Positions 31,801-44,832 of a DNA stretch of 64,000 bases are shown one piece after another. Made by a program: the position numbers and the translations under genes. Source of the stretch: Lingula anatina. Taxonomy: Eukaryota > Animalia > Brachiopoda. The notes beneath the pieces were generated by a model. The model did no database searches, was not told the origin of the DNA, and was given only the letters and a program-made list of their open reading frames with translations. Where the stretch lies: positions 3,968,001 through 4,032,000 of the forward strand of contig CM120642.1 in NCBI GenBank assembly GCA_051362555.1, given 5' to 3'. How positions within the stretch are numbered: position 1 is the first letter of the stretch; each line of letters starts with the position of its first letter.

Positions 31801-34800
31801 TCTATCATACCACACAAGCAGACTACTATGGCAAGGGGGTCACAGCAACCAGAGTCCAATATGGAAGACGGAGAGCACTGTAATACTTTGTGAAAAACCT
31901 AAAAGATAAGATTTGTTTTCAACATTATAATCAAGAACTTTCATAAAAAAACCAAGATATGGTTTTTAAAAATGCCATATTTGAAAATCCACAAATCAAA
32001 AAGAAAAGTATTTAGTCAATGTTTCAGCTATTTCTAATCAGAACATCCTAATAAGCAAAGAAACAGCTATAATATTATAATACCTGCAATGCAAAAGTTG
32101 GATCAATTTCCACCAAGGAGAGCTGTGGTACCACCAACTGCTCCAAACAACACTTGGGAGATATCAAAAATGGGGCCTCCTGCATCGCTGAAACCAAAAG
32201 TGCCATCAAGTTCTGTCTGTGAGTTTCTGTCATGTTTGGTTTATTCAGCCATGTTAATAAGACATTTTCCAGTAAAGGGAGATCTGACTGGCTGGCTGGA
32301 TTGTACTGGCAAAGGACTGGGACTGACTTCAATAGCTGTGGAAAAAATTATTTTATTACAATGATGTATGCAAAGATATACTCAAATGTTCATCAGTAAA
32401 CAATCAGCTACAGATGTTTCACAAAATATGACTGCACTGTTCATAAATTTGATTTTTCCAAAACTCCTGTTCCACAACCTACCTAGTGATGTTAAAGTAC
32501 GAAGTACTGCAGTATTTTTGGGGTAAAAAATGTCAGTTTCTTGTAGTTTCTTGTAACATAGCAACAAGCAAACAAACATACAAACAAGCAGACCAATAAA
32601 CTTGTAAAAATTCTTTAACAAGTAATAAATATTTTAGAAAGTAATATAAGTGCATAAAACAACTATCTGACCTGTGTGATTAACTGAGTCTGTCCATTAT
32701 TGACCACTGCATACTGGATGATCTTTTCCATTACATCATGCGGAGACTGCAAGGCAAGAGCCAGCACCTCACACTGTACCTAAAAATATAATCAAACAGA
32801 TAGCAACAAAAGCGAGATGAGAATGACAAAAAAAGCCATAAAAACTAGTAGTTATGTTGAAAAAATAAAAATATTTGAAAAAGAAATATTTTTTACATAA
32901 AGAAAAAAAGCATACTGCAAGAATAAATTAAGTTGGTGAGAGGGAACCATAGAGGTCACAATTAAATCAACCACTGACCCACCTGTCTCCCTGGCTTTCC
33001 TGCTGTAGTTAGCCTGTTGAAGGCGGATGTTAAAGTCTGATCAAACTGGTCATCTTTATGCCACTGATGACTGGTCAGAAACCGATGAAAGAGCTGGTTC
33101 TGGTTGTAAATGTCCAATAGCCCATAAGCACGGAGAACCAGCTGAATTTAAAATTGTTATTATTGGTTAAAAAAAGACTTCTGTTTACAGCCTGTGCCAA
33201 AAATTTTATATTTGCTCTTCAAGACACCAGTGATTAAGACTCTACTAACCCAAAGCACACACACATCTAGTCCCTCCCAGTGGACCTCCACATATGACAG
33301 GTGAAAAGAGTGATATTATTTCTTCACACTCTCTTTGCTCTAAACTTCAAAGGTCACAGAAAACTGTACATATTTAAAACCTACATATTTCTAAAATATG
33401 AGCAGGGGATTAAGGACCCACCTTCTCAAGCTTGCTTGCCACCTGCCCTTTTTTGGTTTCTTGACCACTGCCCAGCAGACCAAGGAGTTTAGGAATATAT
33501 TCAACTTTGGCCAAGGCAACTACATTGTCTTCCAAACAATCCAACCACCTGCAAAATTATACTCACTAGAATTTCAACTTAACTTACATTTTTAGTTTCC
33601 AAGTTTGCTTTTGTGCAAAACAAGGTATATACTATTACCCAAACTTAGCCTTAAAACTTGCTCAAGAACAAAAGTACTGATGTTAAATAGATAAACCATA
33701 AATAATGAAGTTACTGTAGTTAATATCAGTATCTCTGAAAACACACAAGAACAGTAGCAGGCATGCTGTAAGTGGTCACACACATACTGACCTATCTTCA
33801 AGTCCTGACGTAATCTCTTTAGCATCGAGTAGCCATAACAACCAGTCTGAAACAAGAAAAGTATATATCTAAACTTCATCTAAAACATAATGACAATTTT
33901 AATCAATTATGTACATACATACATATATAACAGAACTTCCGAGATATTTCTGTGCATTCTATATGCTCTCAAATGAATCTTTTCTCGCCCATTTTCAAAC
34001 TAAAACTCCTCTCAAGAGCTCTGATGCTTACTTTCCCAACCAGCCTTTCGCTCGTACACACATAAAGCTGCTTCAGCCAATTTTTCTTCAGGTGTGGGCT
34101 CTCGTCTCTTAAGCTCCTCTCTGTATTTTCTACTGATATCAGCATGAACTGGGGCCACAGACTTGAGCACAGTTTCCAAACAGTTTCGCATGCATGAAAA
34201 CTCCTCTGTTTGCAGAGCCAAATTCAGGGATGCTTCAAACTGCTCCAATGTTATGAAAACGCAGTCGATGGTTATATTCTCGGACTGAGGGTCAAGATCA
34301 AATTTGTAAAACAAGCTTTGAAAATGGCCCTCTGTCTGAATGCAGTGGTTTAAAAAAGCTAAAATGTCACCAAGAAATGATTTCAAAGAATCCCAGAGGT
34401 CATGCACAGTGGACTGAGTTCCCCCTTCTTCTGATCTGACAGAACTGAGAACATGTACTGATTCCATGGCAACTGCCATTAAACACAGAAGCATTTCCCT
34501 CTTTTGTTCTTCCATGAGGGAATGTTCTAGCATTATCTGACAAGTGTTAAGTAATCTTTTCAATGTGGGAAGTTTATATGGCCATTCACATAATTTATAG
34601 TCATGCTGCACAGGTACACTGATATCTTCAGTGTGGTAAGCAACCAAATTTTCTTGCTGTCTAGTGCCATTGACAACTGCCCTGCCCTTGGATTCTGTAG
34701 ATTTAATTGTCTTCTTGGCTGATACAAGTAATGCATTGTGTTTGACAGAAAATTTGCATATGGCATGGAGAATGTCTGCATCTCTGTCCTCATAGAGTGA

Positions 34801-36023
34801 GAGGTGAGACAAAAATCCATTCATAAACTTCATCTGTATGTCTTCTCTAAGTTCTGAGAGTATCTGAAAATAAACAGGTGACCTGACTTACATCTGGGGA
34901 CGTAAATTTTTGAAACTATTTTTCTTTAACGAAAAATAGTATAATGTTTCTCTTTAATTCAAAACTTTGTTGACAAAAAGTGTGTGTGAGAGAGAGAGAG
35001 AGAGAGACAGAGAGAGAGAGAATAAATTACAATAGGATTGTTTTTTCTCAAAAATATTGGGCCTCACTGCAACATCCCACTTACCTTCCATAGAAATGAG
35101 AAATGATAAAATGAGACAGCCAAATTACAATCACATACTTCTTACTTAAAGTCAAATAAAAAAGATCACTTTTCTGGTAGCCTGAAAGATATATGACATA
35201 CATAAAACCTTTCATTTAAAGACTTCATATCTCCATTGAAAATGTGTAAGAGCTACTAAATCAGATACCATACTTACTTCACAGAGTATTGCTTCCCAGT
35301 GACATGCTTTCACCAATTCATAGTAGACATCCATGTTGAGTCTGGGCAGACATTCTTCTAGGACATCACTCCACTCCTCCTCCTCCTCATCTTTCTCTCC
35401 CTCCTCATCACTGCCATGCCCCCTTAATCCACTGGAGCATACCTCCTCTTCATTATCCAGCTTCTTGGCCTTTTCTTCATTATTACTCAAGGTCCTGGCC
35501 AGAAGTATTGCACACAGCTTCCAGGCCCAAAACTGCTTGTCAGGAGCAGCATGTGGATATTCCAAACCTTCTATGATCTCTCCTATGGTTTCTATGACTG
35601 GCCTGATGACATCTACACAACAAGGCGGTTCATATGTCTCCAAGTCAATGCCCTGTAATGAACAAAGCCTTTAAGGTGAACCTATTTAAAATTTTTTTTG
35701 TGATAATATTATTCGAACAATCCCAAAGCTGGGTGACACATAACAGGTGAAACAGACCTTTCAAACAATCTGGTTTGAATCTTTAATTGTTGCCAGGAAG
35801 ACAGGTGACAATTAAGGGACTGTTAGACAAACCAACTTGTTAATCATACTGAGTATAGCCAGGCGTATCATAAATGGAAAACTTCTGATTCAATAGTACC
35901 AACAAAATTCTTTTTGAGGAATATTTTACTCTTATATCTTTCCCCTTGTACTGTTAAGTTTACCTGTGATTTAATCAGCATGAAACTGCCATGTAGCACA
36001 GCCAGTTCTGGACAAAACTCCAT
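28809..36023 (-). CDS. GEMIN4: Gem-associated protein 4-like, ~14 coding exons (approximate: 36023-35964, 35652-35277, 34863-34032, 33847-33791, 33548-33421, 33141-32983, 32779-32672, 32335-32084, 31898-31681, 31185-31097, 30861-30771, 30397-30271, 30035-29903, 29071-28809)
   Basis: MEFCPELAVLHGSFML, RPVIETIGEI, FWAWKLCAILLARTL, LPRLNMDVYYELVKA and C-terminal CHVCHLLSILP....ESMFVLVLD...QTLLKKL resemble Gemin4 N- and C-terminal segments as I recall them. Exons are bounded by GT-AG; internal boundaries are approximate. Confidence 0.75.
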
Positions 36024-37099
36024 CTTGTTCTATCTGGAAAAATGAAGGTTTATATGATATTATACAATTATGATGTATATTAACTGCTATCATTCTTGAA
36101 AGAGTAACCATCTCCATTCTTCTAAAATTGTTAAACAAGTTTTTACATGCATATAAATTTAATAATTTGTATCTGCAAAGCGCAAACTGCTTTTACAACT
36201 TTTAATTTTAAATTTGGAATATTTTGATGACATTCAGTGATGTATTAATTCAATAAATGTATTTCAAATGCACACCTTTCTTCAGACTAATAACATTGGA
36301 CTTTTCATAAAAATGATGTATAAATTAGTCATAATTTCCCAACCATGAAATCTACAATATAATCAGGTCCGAGATCTCCGTCTTTCCAAATGACAAGGTT
36401 ACATGTTAGCAGCACATATAAAAGTTCACCCCTAGAACACACTATATATAATTACTTAGAGATTTGGCATGTCTGAATCCATAATTTTGTTGTCACTCTT
36501 CTTAATACTTTAAAGACAATTTAAAAGAAGACACAAAAGTTAATTGCAATCAAGAAACATATCACAAAGTGCCAAGAATTCACAGATACTGGATAATGCA
36601 CTTTACAGGTCAGTCTACAATTTGATAATGCATTTGATATCCCACGTCAAAAAAAATTAATCTAGACATTGCATGACCAAAGCTTGATTACAAGACAATT
36701 TCCACCTAAACTGGAATCTGGATATAGGTAGATAGGCTGTCTAATACATGGTTACACCACCCTACTAGATATGTTCACCAGTCATGCTGAAAATGACACC
36801 TTGGTAGACTGAACCTCTGAATACTGGCACAGATAAGTGGGAATTCACATCATCCAACCAGAAACAATATACGGTGGGCAGAATTGTCCTGCTATATCGT
36901 TGAAAACAGGTGCATAAATTTAGTAGTAATTAAGAGTAAGCATAACTAAAGTACACAATGAAAACGAATCAGAGTTAATGGGGTGGGGGGGTGCAAAAGT
37001 ACCAAAAATCCAAAGCTAAGTTGAATATACCACCTCCAATTATCACTTTGTAACACAAAGAAATGCAATAAATTGCGTATGACCCACTGAACAAGTAAT

Positions 37100-37800
37100 T
37101 ATTGAGAATATAAACTGTAAAAACGTACGAAAGTGTCACGCAAGAGCGACGCACGTGTTGACTCGGGTTACATAGAAAACCAAGATTGAGGGCAATATTT
37201 CAAATCAGCATAGAAAATGTTACATCAAATTGATAAGAATACAAAACACATAGTGAATATCAAAAAATGTTTTTCATGCATGAAATTATATATTCTTGGC
37301 CATATTGGATACATATTATTTATGAAGAACATCTGAATATCATAATTTTGTTCCGGCCGTCATAATCTTAAATAGATGTGTGTCGTCATCAGTTCCCGCT
37401 CGACCACTGTCGTAAACAACGTGTAGTCAGAAGCTCCAGAGATGAAAATCAAGTTCTCATTGAGACAACTTAAACAGGTAAAAATTTACAATTTAGATGA
37501 GGGTGAAAATATTTGATCTACCATTTAAGGTTGTTTTTAGCGGTATATTAATATTTTGTAGCTTTTGTTCATTGTGAGACCACTTCGTTGTTCGGTGAAT
37601 GAATCAGGGGTCAACCGCAATGTCACTGCGCGACGGTGAACTTCGTAATGTTTGACTATAAACGTCTTTCTTAGCAGTCTGTATGTTGATTTTAAATTAA
37701 TGTTTGCAATGAGTATGCTGTAAAGTTTGTTTGGATGACTATTCACAGACTCTTGTGGGGGTGTCGGCCAATTTTTGCATTCGGATTTGGGTGTATTTTT
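37100..37800. promoter_or_regulatory. CpG-enriched probable bidirectional promoter (GEMIN4-like / IVNS1ABP-like) with candidate + strand first exon ending at 37477
   Basis: Local CpG enrichment in otherwise CpG-poor DNA between divergent genes, with a donor ACAG|GTAAAA at ~37477. Confidence 0.45.
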
Positions 37801-40800
37801 TAAAAGTAAAATCAGCTGATCGCAGAATTACTGAAAGTGAAATAGAGTTTCGAGTGTAATTATGGACAAGTGTATTGCTAAACATCATAGCCTTGAATGT
37901 CAGTGCATTAAAATATAATGAATCCCCTTTTCATTGATTGGAATTGGATTTAGTGAAAAATTCTATTAATACATATGGGAAATTTTACCTTTATGGAGGA
38001 AAAACACTAATGATTAATGATAGGGGTGATTTACCGAGATTGATTTCTCTGCATTTTTAACAGTAGGTAACATCAAATTTCATATCCGTGTTTGCCTGTA
38101 TGCTCCCTCCTCTCCAAAATTACTTTAAAATTTTTTTTCATGGTTTATCTTTGGCACAAATGATGATAAAAAAAAGTTCTATTTCAATTACTATACTAGT
38201 AGGAAGGCTTTGCCTAGAGGGGTTTTCCCTTATTTGTAAACATTTTCCATTTGCGTCACTCTGTATGCCTTTAGATAGCAGAGGAGCTTTGATTTCATTA
38301 TATGGTTTTATTAGCACCTGTGTATTGAGTCTAGGAACTGTTGTACACGAGCAATTAATCCCCTGACCAAATGGAAGCCTCATATTTTCACTCCCCGTGC
38401 TTCATATAAAATTGATATAACTATGCTGCTAAATAGGAACGACTTGTTCTAGGCATTCATGATAGTGATTCAAGTTGTCTTGAAGCTTCAGGGCGGACTT
38501 AAGATCTATAAAGGTAATAGCATTCCAGATGATAACCAGGCTGCACTGTGAAAACGTGATGAAAGTTAAAGAAGTATTAGGAGCTTTCTGCTGTACTGCC
38601 AATCTTGTAAATTCCTAACTCAGGCAGCTAAGCTTTACATAGCAGGAAAAAGCTTCAATTTACTTTTATAACTTTTATCCAGAGTTTTAAAAGTTAAACC
38701 TAGCTATTTATAATCTACCTGTATAAATGGATGTTCATCAGTCTACCTGGTATAGAGTTCATTCTTTGAAAGAAAGGGGGAGGGAGACAAGATCTCCCTT
38801 AGATAATTGTGAAATTGTGTAGGTTCAATCAATCATTTGCACATGTCAGATATAGTACTCCAGTAATGTCAAATTGGAAAAAATGGAAATGTCACTTGGA
38901 AGTATCTTCTAGCTTGATTTGTGATGAACATTTTGAAAAAAATTCATATTTTATTGGATAAATTTGACTTGATGATGTGATTACAGTAGCTCATTGGTTT
39001 TTATTATTCAGCTATCTAAATGTTTTAACTTCATTAACTATATGCCCTGAAATGTGATCCCCAAACAAGCACTTGCCATGCCTCCACTCCCTAACATTTT
39101 TCTTAGTCTAAGAAAACAGCACCTGGCAGGTGGAAGGGCAGGTGAACACTGAGAGAAGGCCAGACGTTGGCTCCTTTCCAGGTCTACACCCCCAACAAAA
39201 TAGGTATATATTAGCCAGCTACCTGGAAAATCTTGACTTGGTGATCTTTTATTGCTAAACTGAGTCAAGGCTTGGCTTACTTATCGGTCTTTTTATAAAT
39301 AGAGTACTTATTTTAAAAAAAGTTAAATTGATTCTGGCCTGTAGTATTATTGGTGGTTTTAGACATACGTTCTTCATTATGTAATGATTCATTTTAAAAA
39401 TCTTTAAAAGGTTTCTTGTTTTTAATTACATATTCTCCAAATTTGAAAATACCATTTAAGTGAGTCCATAGGGAGTATATATGTACATTATGTTGGTCAT
39501 AAGTGTTGAGGTTTGTGGTTTCAGCAGCATGTCATATTTCACATCACAGTGACCACCTGCTGAAATCAAAGGCCCTGTTTAATAATAGCGTCTGTTTTAA
39601 TATTCTCAACCTCCCCCTTAAATTAACCCATACTATTATGTTAATTGTAAATACAGTAAACCTTTTATTGCAAAAATATAGAAATATTACCACCTCGCTG
39701 TCAAATTTGCATTTTTTCCATCAACATGAACCTCTTTGTCATTTGGTATGCATGTTATGCACTCATTGCATGAGTGAATTGTTAGGAGAGAGGATAGAAA
39801 GGTTTTCCTAGTATATAATACATGTATATATATGCAGTCATTGACTCAATACACAGGTCATGTCTGTTATGTTGTCTCTGCTCCTTTGACATCAACAACT
39901 TGTTTTGGCTTTCTGTAATCTGGTCTGAAATAGATAAAGATAGGACAGACGTCAAATTAATCTGGTGAACACATCGAAGTGTTTCTATTTTGATACGTTT
40001 CATGATATCGTGAATAATATTTACAGTATGTCTTTAAGCAACATGAACTGATATCACCCTTTTTTGTGCTGCACACCTCCACAAAGTCGCTTCAAATTTA
40101 TTTACTAGTAGATAACTACGTTTCTGAAGGCACATTTTGGTTTCAATAATTTTGTGTAAAAATGCAATCAGGGTGATCAATTATATAATATTATTGTTAC
40201 ATTATGTATTGGTTTATTGTTTTTAATATATTTATCTCTATAAAGGTTTTTGTGTGAATTTTTTTTGTGTATCTGAATGAATTGTAAAACCACTTCTACT
40301 GCGGTGTATACTGTGGCTTCTGTGTTGAATTACCTCAGTATCTCAATGACAATTATCATTTACATCAAGGTACAATTGCTCTTTTGAACTTCATTGGGTA
40401 AATGCACACCTCGTTCTGGCAAAGTTGTATTGCTTTTTTTCTCTCAAAATTGTCTGGTGTACCAGATCTTTTAAAACCAGCAGATTTTTCTGCATAAAAA
40501 TAACAGGGAGACATGTTCAGAATTTATTATGATTCACTTTTTTGTCTAATGTGAACTTTTTGGACTTTTTTTTTCCCATTTTTTCATTGGGAGAGGGAGA
40601 TATCCTATATACTAGTACTTTTTTTATATATGTTTCTTTTCGTTGTTGAAAGCCACAGTTTATCAGCAGCCAGGTAGGAGTGGTTCCATAATTGGAGCCA
40701 GTTGTTCTGCCATGTTTATTTCTTGCAGAAATCTTCCGGGAACAGTTGACCCTGACTCTCTAGCAGAGCTCATCTCGGGTTCTTTCTCTTATAGAAGTTT

Positions 40801-41912
40801 GGTATGCTTCAAGCAGGCCTACATTCAACGTTCTGGAGTAGGGTTGCCTTACTATCATTAAATATAATACTTGAAATCTTCAGCAATAGATCTATTATAA
40901 ATATTTGCATTGAAAAATTCAAAAGTCTCAATTTGTGAAGTATTCAGTCAATATAAATTTAAAGGTATGTGTAGTTTTCAACATTTGAATTAATAATTTT
41001 TCGACACTTTGAATTAATTTATTTTACAATTTTACACTTTTTAATGGTGGATATTTGGCATTGGACTTAAAAATTACTGTCAAAAAGGAATTATCATTTT
41101 GGTATATTAGCAACTGTTTGCAAAAGAAAAGCCATTTGTAACAGTTTTGTCTTTTAAAATTTGGCAACCCTACGCATAACTTTTCCATCTTTTTTTGAAT
41201 TCAATAATAAAATTTTATCATTACTATTAATGAAACTATTACATATCAAATACATGCTTGCACACTGCAACTCACACTGCTTTGATTAGTTAAATTACAT
41301 TGTGACTACAACTATTATATCCTGTAGATTTCACATTTTAAGTAATATGACATAATTAAGGAGCTACTTAAGATCATCTGAATAATTTTTTTGTTTGCAA
41401 AGCTCATCTTTAAAATTGGCTTTTATTATCTCATGAACAGTCAACAAAATTATCTCAATTGGAACAATGTTACCCAAATTGGCTGTACTACATTATTGAC
41501 AAATTTCAATATTCAACCTTTTTTTTATCTTTATTTAAATGCAGACAAACATTTACTAGTAAGTACAGTGGTTAAAAAATCATAAAACCCTTGTTACAAG
41601 TCACATATCAACTCCAAATTTAAGTGGGCTTTGCCAAACAAATGTCACGGCAGACAGATTAACAGAGAAAATATTTTTATTTCCAGTTGGATGGCCGTAG
41701 GAGTTTTTCAGCCATCAGTGTAGGAGAAACCGGTGCTACTTGCCTGCACCTTGATAAGTGTGGGTTTTCCCAGTCAACACTAAACAAATCACTACCTCTC
41801 CGTGAATAACCAAGGTAAATTAATGTTCACATATAGCCACCTTTTTCAATTATTTATTTATTTATTGATAAATTTGTCATTGATGTTGTTCTAAATTTTA
41901 GTTTTGCCAATT

Positions 41913-44832
41913 AATTGTACCACCAGCGTTAGCGCTGGCGGTACACATGGTTTCGGTCCCGTCCGGATCGTTCCGCCGGCTCCGCCGGCTCCGCCGGCTC
42001 CGTTGGCTCCGCCGGACGGCTACCGTTACCGCTTCTCCTCCTAGACGGTAAGGGCCCCCATACCCATCTCATGGATTTAGGTCACCTATAATCTCAACTC
42101 GTTCCACCTAAAATTTGGGCTTTGTCGGTATTGGGGTCTGGGTGTGGCACTCATTGCAATGCACCCTTGTCTAAAAATGGCAAAATTAAATGCTAATTAT
42201 CTACCCTACGGAAGGAGTTATGGGAAAAATTTCTATAGACAGCTTTCCAAAAGTCATATGTGTAGATTTCAAATATACCCTTGGATTTGACCTTTGACCT
42301 TTACTTCAAGGTCAAATGGGCCAAAATTTTCAAAAAAATGAAATTTTTTACGAAAAAAATTTTTTTTGCCCTGTTTTTCAGACACCACACAGACTTAACC
42401 AATAATAGTATTGGAAAGTGTTACCCTTCAGGTCATCTTTCATCTCCATGAATTTGGGGTCAATCGGTGCATTTTCACGGGAGTAGCGGCCATAAGATAC
42501 CGAAACTGAAAACTGTCTCTAATTCGGGAACCGTTAATGCTAGAGACCCATTCTTTTTTGCATTTTGTAGAGCATGTAAAGCCCAACACTGGAGGTGGTC
42601 TCGGTTTTTTTGTATTCCATACGGTTTTCGAGTTACGCTGTATCAAAAAGTACATATTAGTGGTAAAAGCAAAATGTGCAGTACGGTAATGGATAATAAA
42701 TTTTGAACTCTGGAAAAATAAAACATAAGGCTTGGCAAAGCAGACAACTTGTGTTCAAAAATGACATTATTTCATCAAATTTGAACTTCTGAAACTTCAG
42801 AGCACCTCCTATTTCAAGAATTTTGACCAAAATGACATTTTCTTTATTTTAATTAATTTTTTCTGTACGAAATTTAAGGCACATTATGGTAACTCCAAAA
42901 TTATAACATTTAGTCCCTTATATCTCCAAAACTGGCAGAGATAGGTCCATAGTTACTATTGAAGTTGAATAGGAAGTCATATACTGGCAATCTTCCTATG
43001 ACCTTGAAAGTGACCTTTGACCTACTTTTCACCATGAACTGAACTTTGCAAATTTTTCTTCCCTTTTATCTCCAAAACTGGCAGAGATAGGTCCATAGTT
43101 ACTATTGAACTTGAATAGGAAGTCATATACTGGCAATCTAAATGTGACCTTAAAATTGACCTTTGACCTACTTTTCACCATAAACTGAACTTTGCAAAAT
43201 TTGCTTCCCTTTTATCTCCAAAACTGGCAGAGATAGGTCCATAGTTACTATTGAAGTTGAATAGGAAGTCATATACTGGCAATCTTCCTATGACCTTGAA
43301 AGTGACCTTTGACCTACTTTTCACCATGAACTGAACTTTGCAAATTTTTCTTCCCTTTTATCTCCAAAACTGGCAGAGATAGGTCCATAGTTACTATTGA
43401 ACTTGAATAGGAAGTCATATACTGGCAATCTAAATGTGACCTTGAAATTGACCTTTGACCTACTTTTCACCATAAACTGAACTTTGCAAAATTTGCTTCC
43501 CTTTTATCTCCAAAACTGGCAGAGATAGGTCCATAGTTACTATTGAACTTGAATAGGAAGTCATATACTGGCAATCTAAATGTGACCTTAAAATTGACCT
43601 TTGACCTACTTTACACCATGAACTGAATTTTGCAAATTTTGCTTTCCTTTTATCTCCAAAACTGGCAGAGATAGGTCCATAGTTACTATTGAACTTGAAT
43701 AGGAAGTCATATACTGGCAATCTAAATGTGACCTTGAAATTGACCTTTGACCTACTTTTCACCATGAACTGAACTTTGCAAATTTTGCTTTCCTTTTATC
43801 TCCAAAACTGGCAGAGATAGGTCCATAGTTACTATTGAACTTGAAAAGGAAGTCATATACTGGCAATCTAAATGTGACCTTAAAATTGACCTTTGACCTA
43901 CTTTACACCATGAACTGAATTTTGCAAATTTTGCTTCCCTTTTATCTCCAAAACTGGCAGAGATAGGTCCATAGTTACTATTGAACTTGAATAGGAAGTC
44001 ATATACTGGCAATCTAAATGTGACCTTGAAATTGACCTTTGACCTACTTTTCACCATGAACTGAACTTTGCAAATTTTGCTTTCCTTTTATCTCCAAAAC
44101 TGGCAGAGATAGGTCCATAGTTACTATTGAACTTGAATAGGAAGTCATATACTGGCAATCTAAATGTGACCTTAAAATTGACCTTTGACCTACTTTACAC
44201 AATGAACTGAATTTTGCAAATTTTGCTTTCCTTTTATCTCCAAAACTGGCAGAGATAGGTCCATAGTTACTATTGAACTTGAATAGGAAGTCATATACTG
44301 GCATTATAAATGTGACATTAAAATTGACCTTTGTCCTACTTTTCACCATGAACTGAACTTTGCAAATTTTGCTTCCCTTTTATCTCCAAAACTGGCAGAG
44401 ATAGGTCCATAGTTACTATTGAACTTGAATAGAAAGTCATATACTGGCAATCTAAATGTGACCTTGAAATTGACCTTTGACCTACTTTTTATCATGAACT
44501 GAACTCTGCTAATTTCTTTCTCTTTTAACTTCAAACTTGACAGAGATAGGTCCATAGTTACTCTTGAACTTGAATAGGAAGTCATATACTGGCAATTTAC
44601 TGTGACCTTGAAATTGACCCTTGACCTACCTTACGAAGAACTTAAATTTGATTGTACCATATATATTTTTTGCAATAGTTTAAAAATTCTTGTTGACTGC
44701 ATTTTTACAGCTTGTCAAGCACAAAACTGGTGGCTGTGTCCCTTATTTTGTGTATGTGGAGTCTATACGAATGCGCTTGCTCCAGCTGGTGGTACAATAT
44801 TCGGAGGCGGTATCGCCTCTCTGATCCTCTAG
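41913..44832 (+). mobile_element. HINE-like non-autonomous Helentron carrying a 146-bp satellite array
   Basis: 5' ATTGTACCACCAGCG-TTAG-CGCTGGCGGTACA palindrome followed by (CCGGCTCCG)n. The 3' end has subterminal IR GCTGGTGGTACAAT, a GAGGCG-GTAT-CGCCTC hairpin and a CTAG-TTTTT end. Confidence 0.82.
42915..44630. repeat. Tandem array ~12 x 146 bp
   Basis: TATCTCCAAAACTGGCAGAGATAGGTCC recurs at 42921, 43067, 43213 ... 44381, with a diverged last copy at ~44527. TTGACCTTTGACC motif in each unit. Confidence 0.95.

Noticed and set aside
42915-44630. CRISPR array, or the repeated 101-aa ORFs (43460..44585) as genes
   Set aside because: Monomers are contiguous 146-bp copies with no unique spacers, and the ORFs are by-products of the satellite periodicity. 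Context is eukaryotic with no cas genes.
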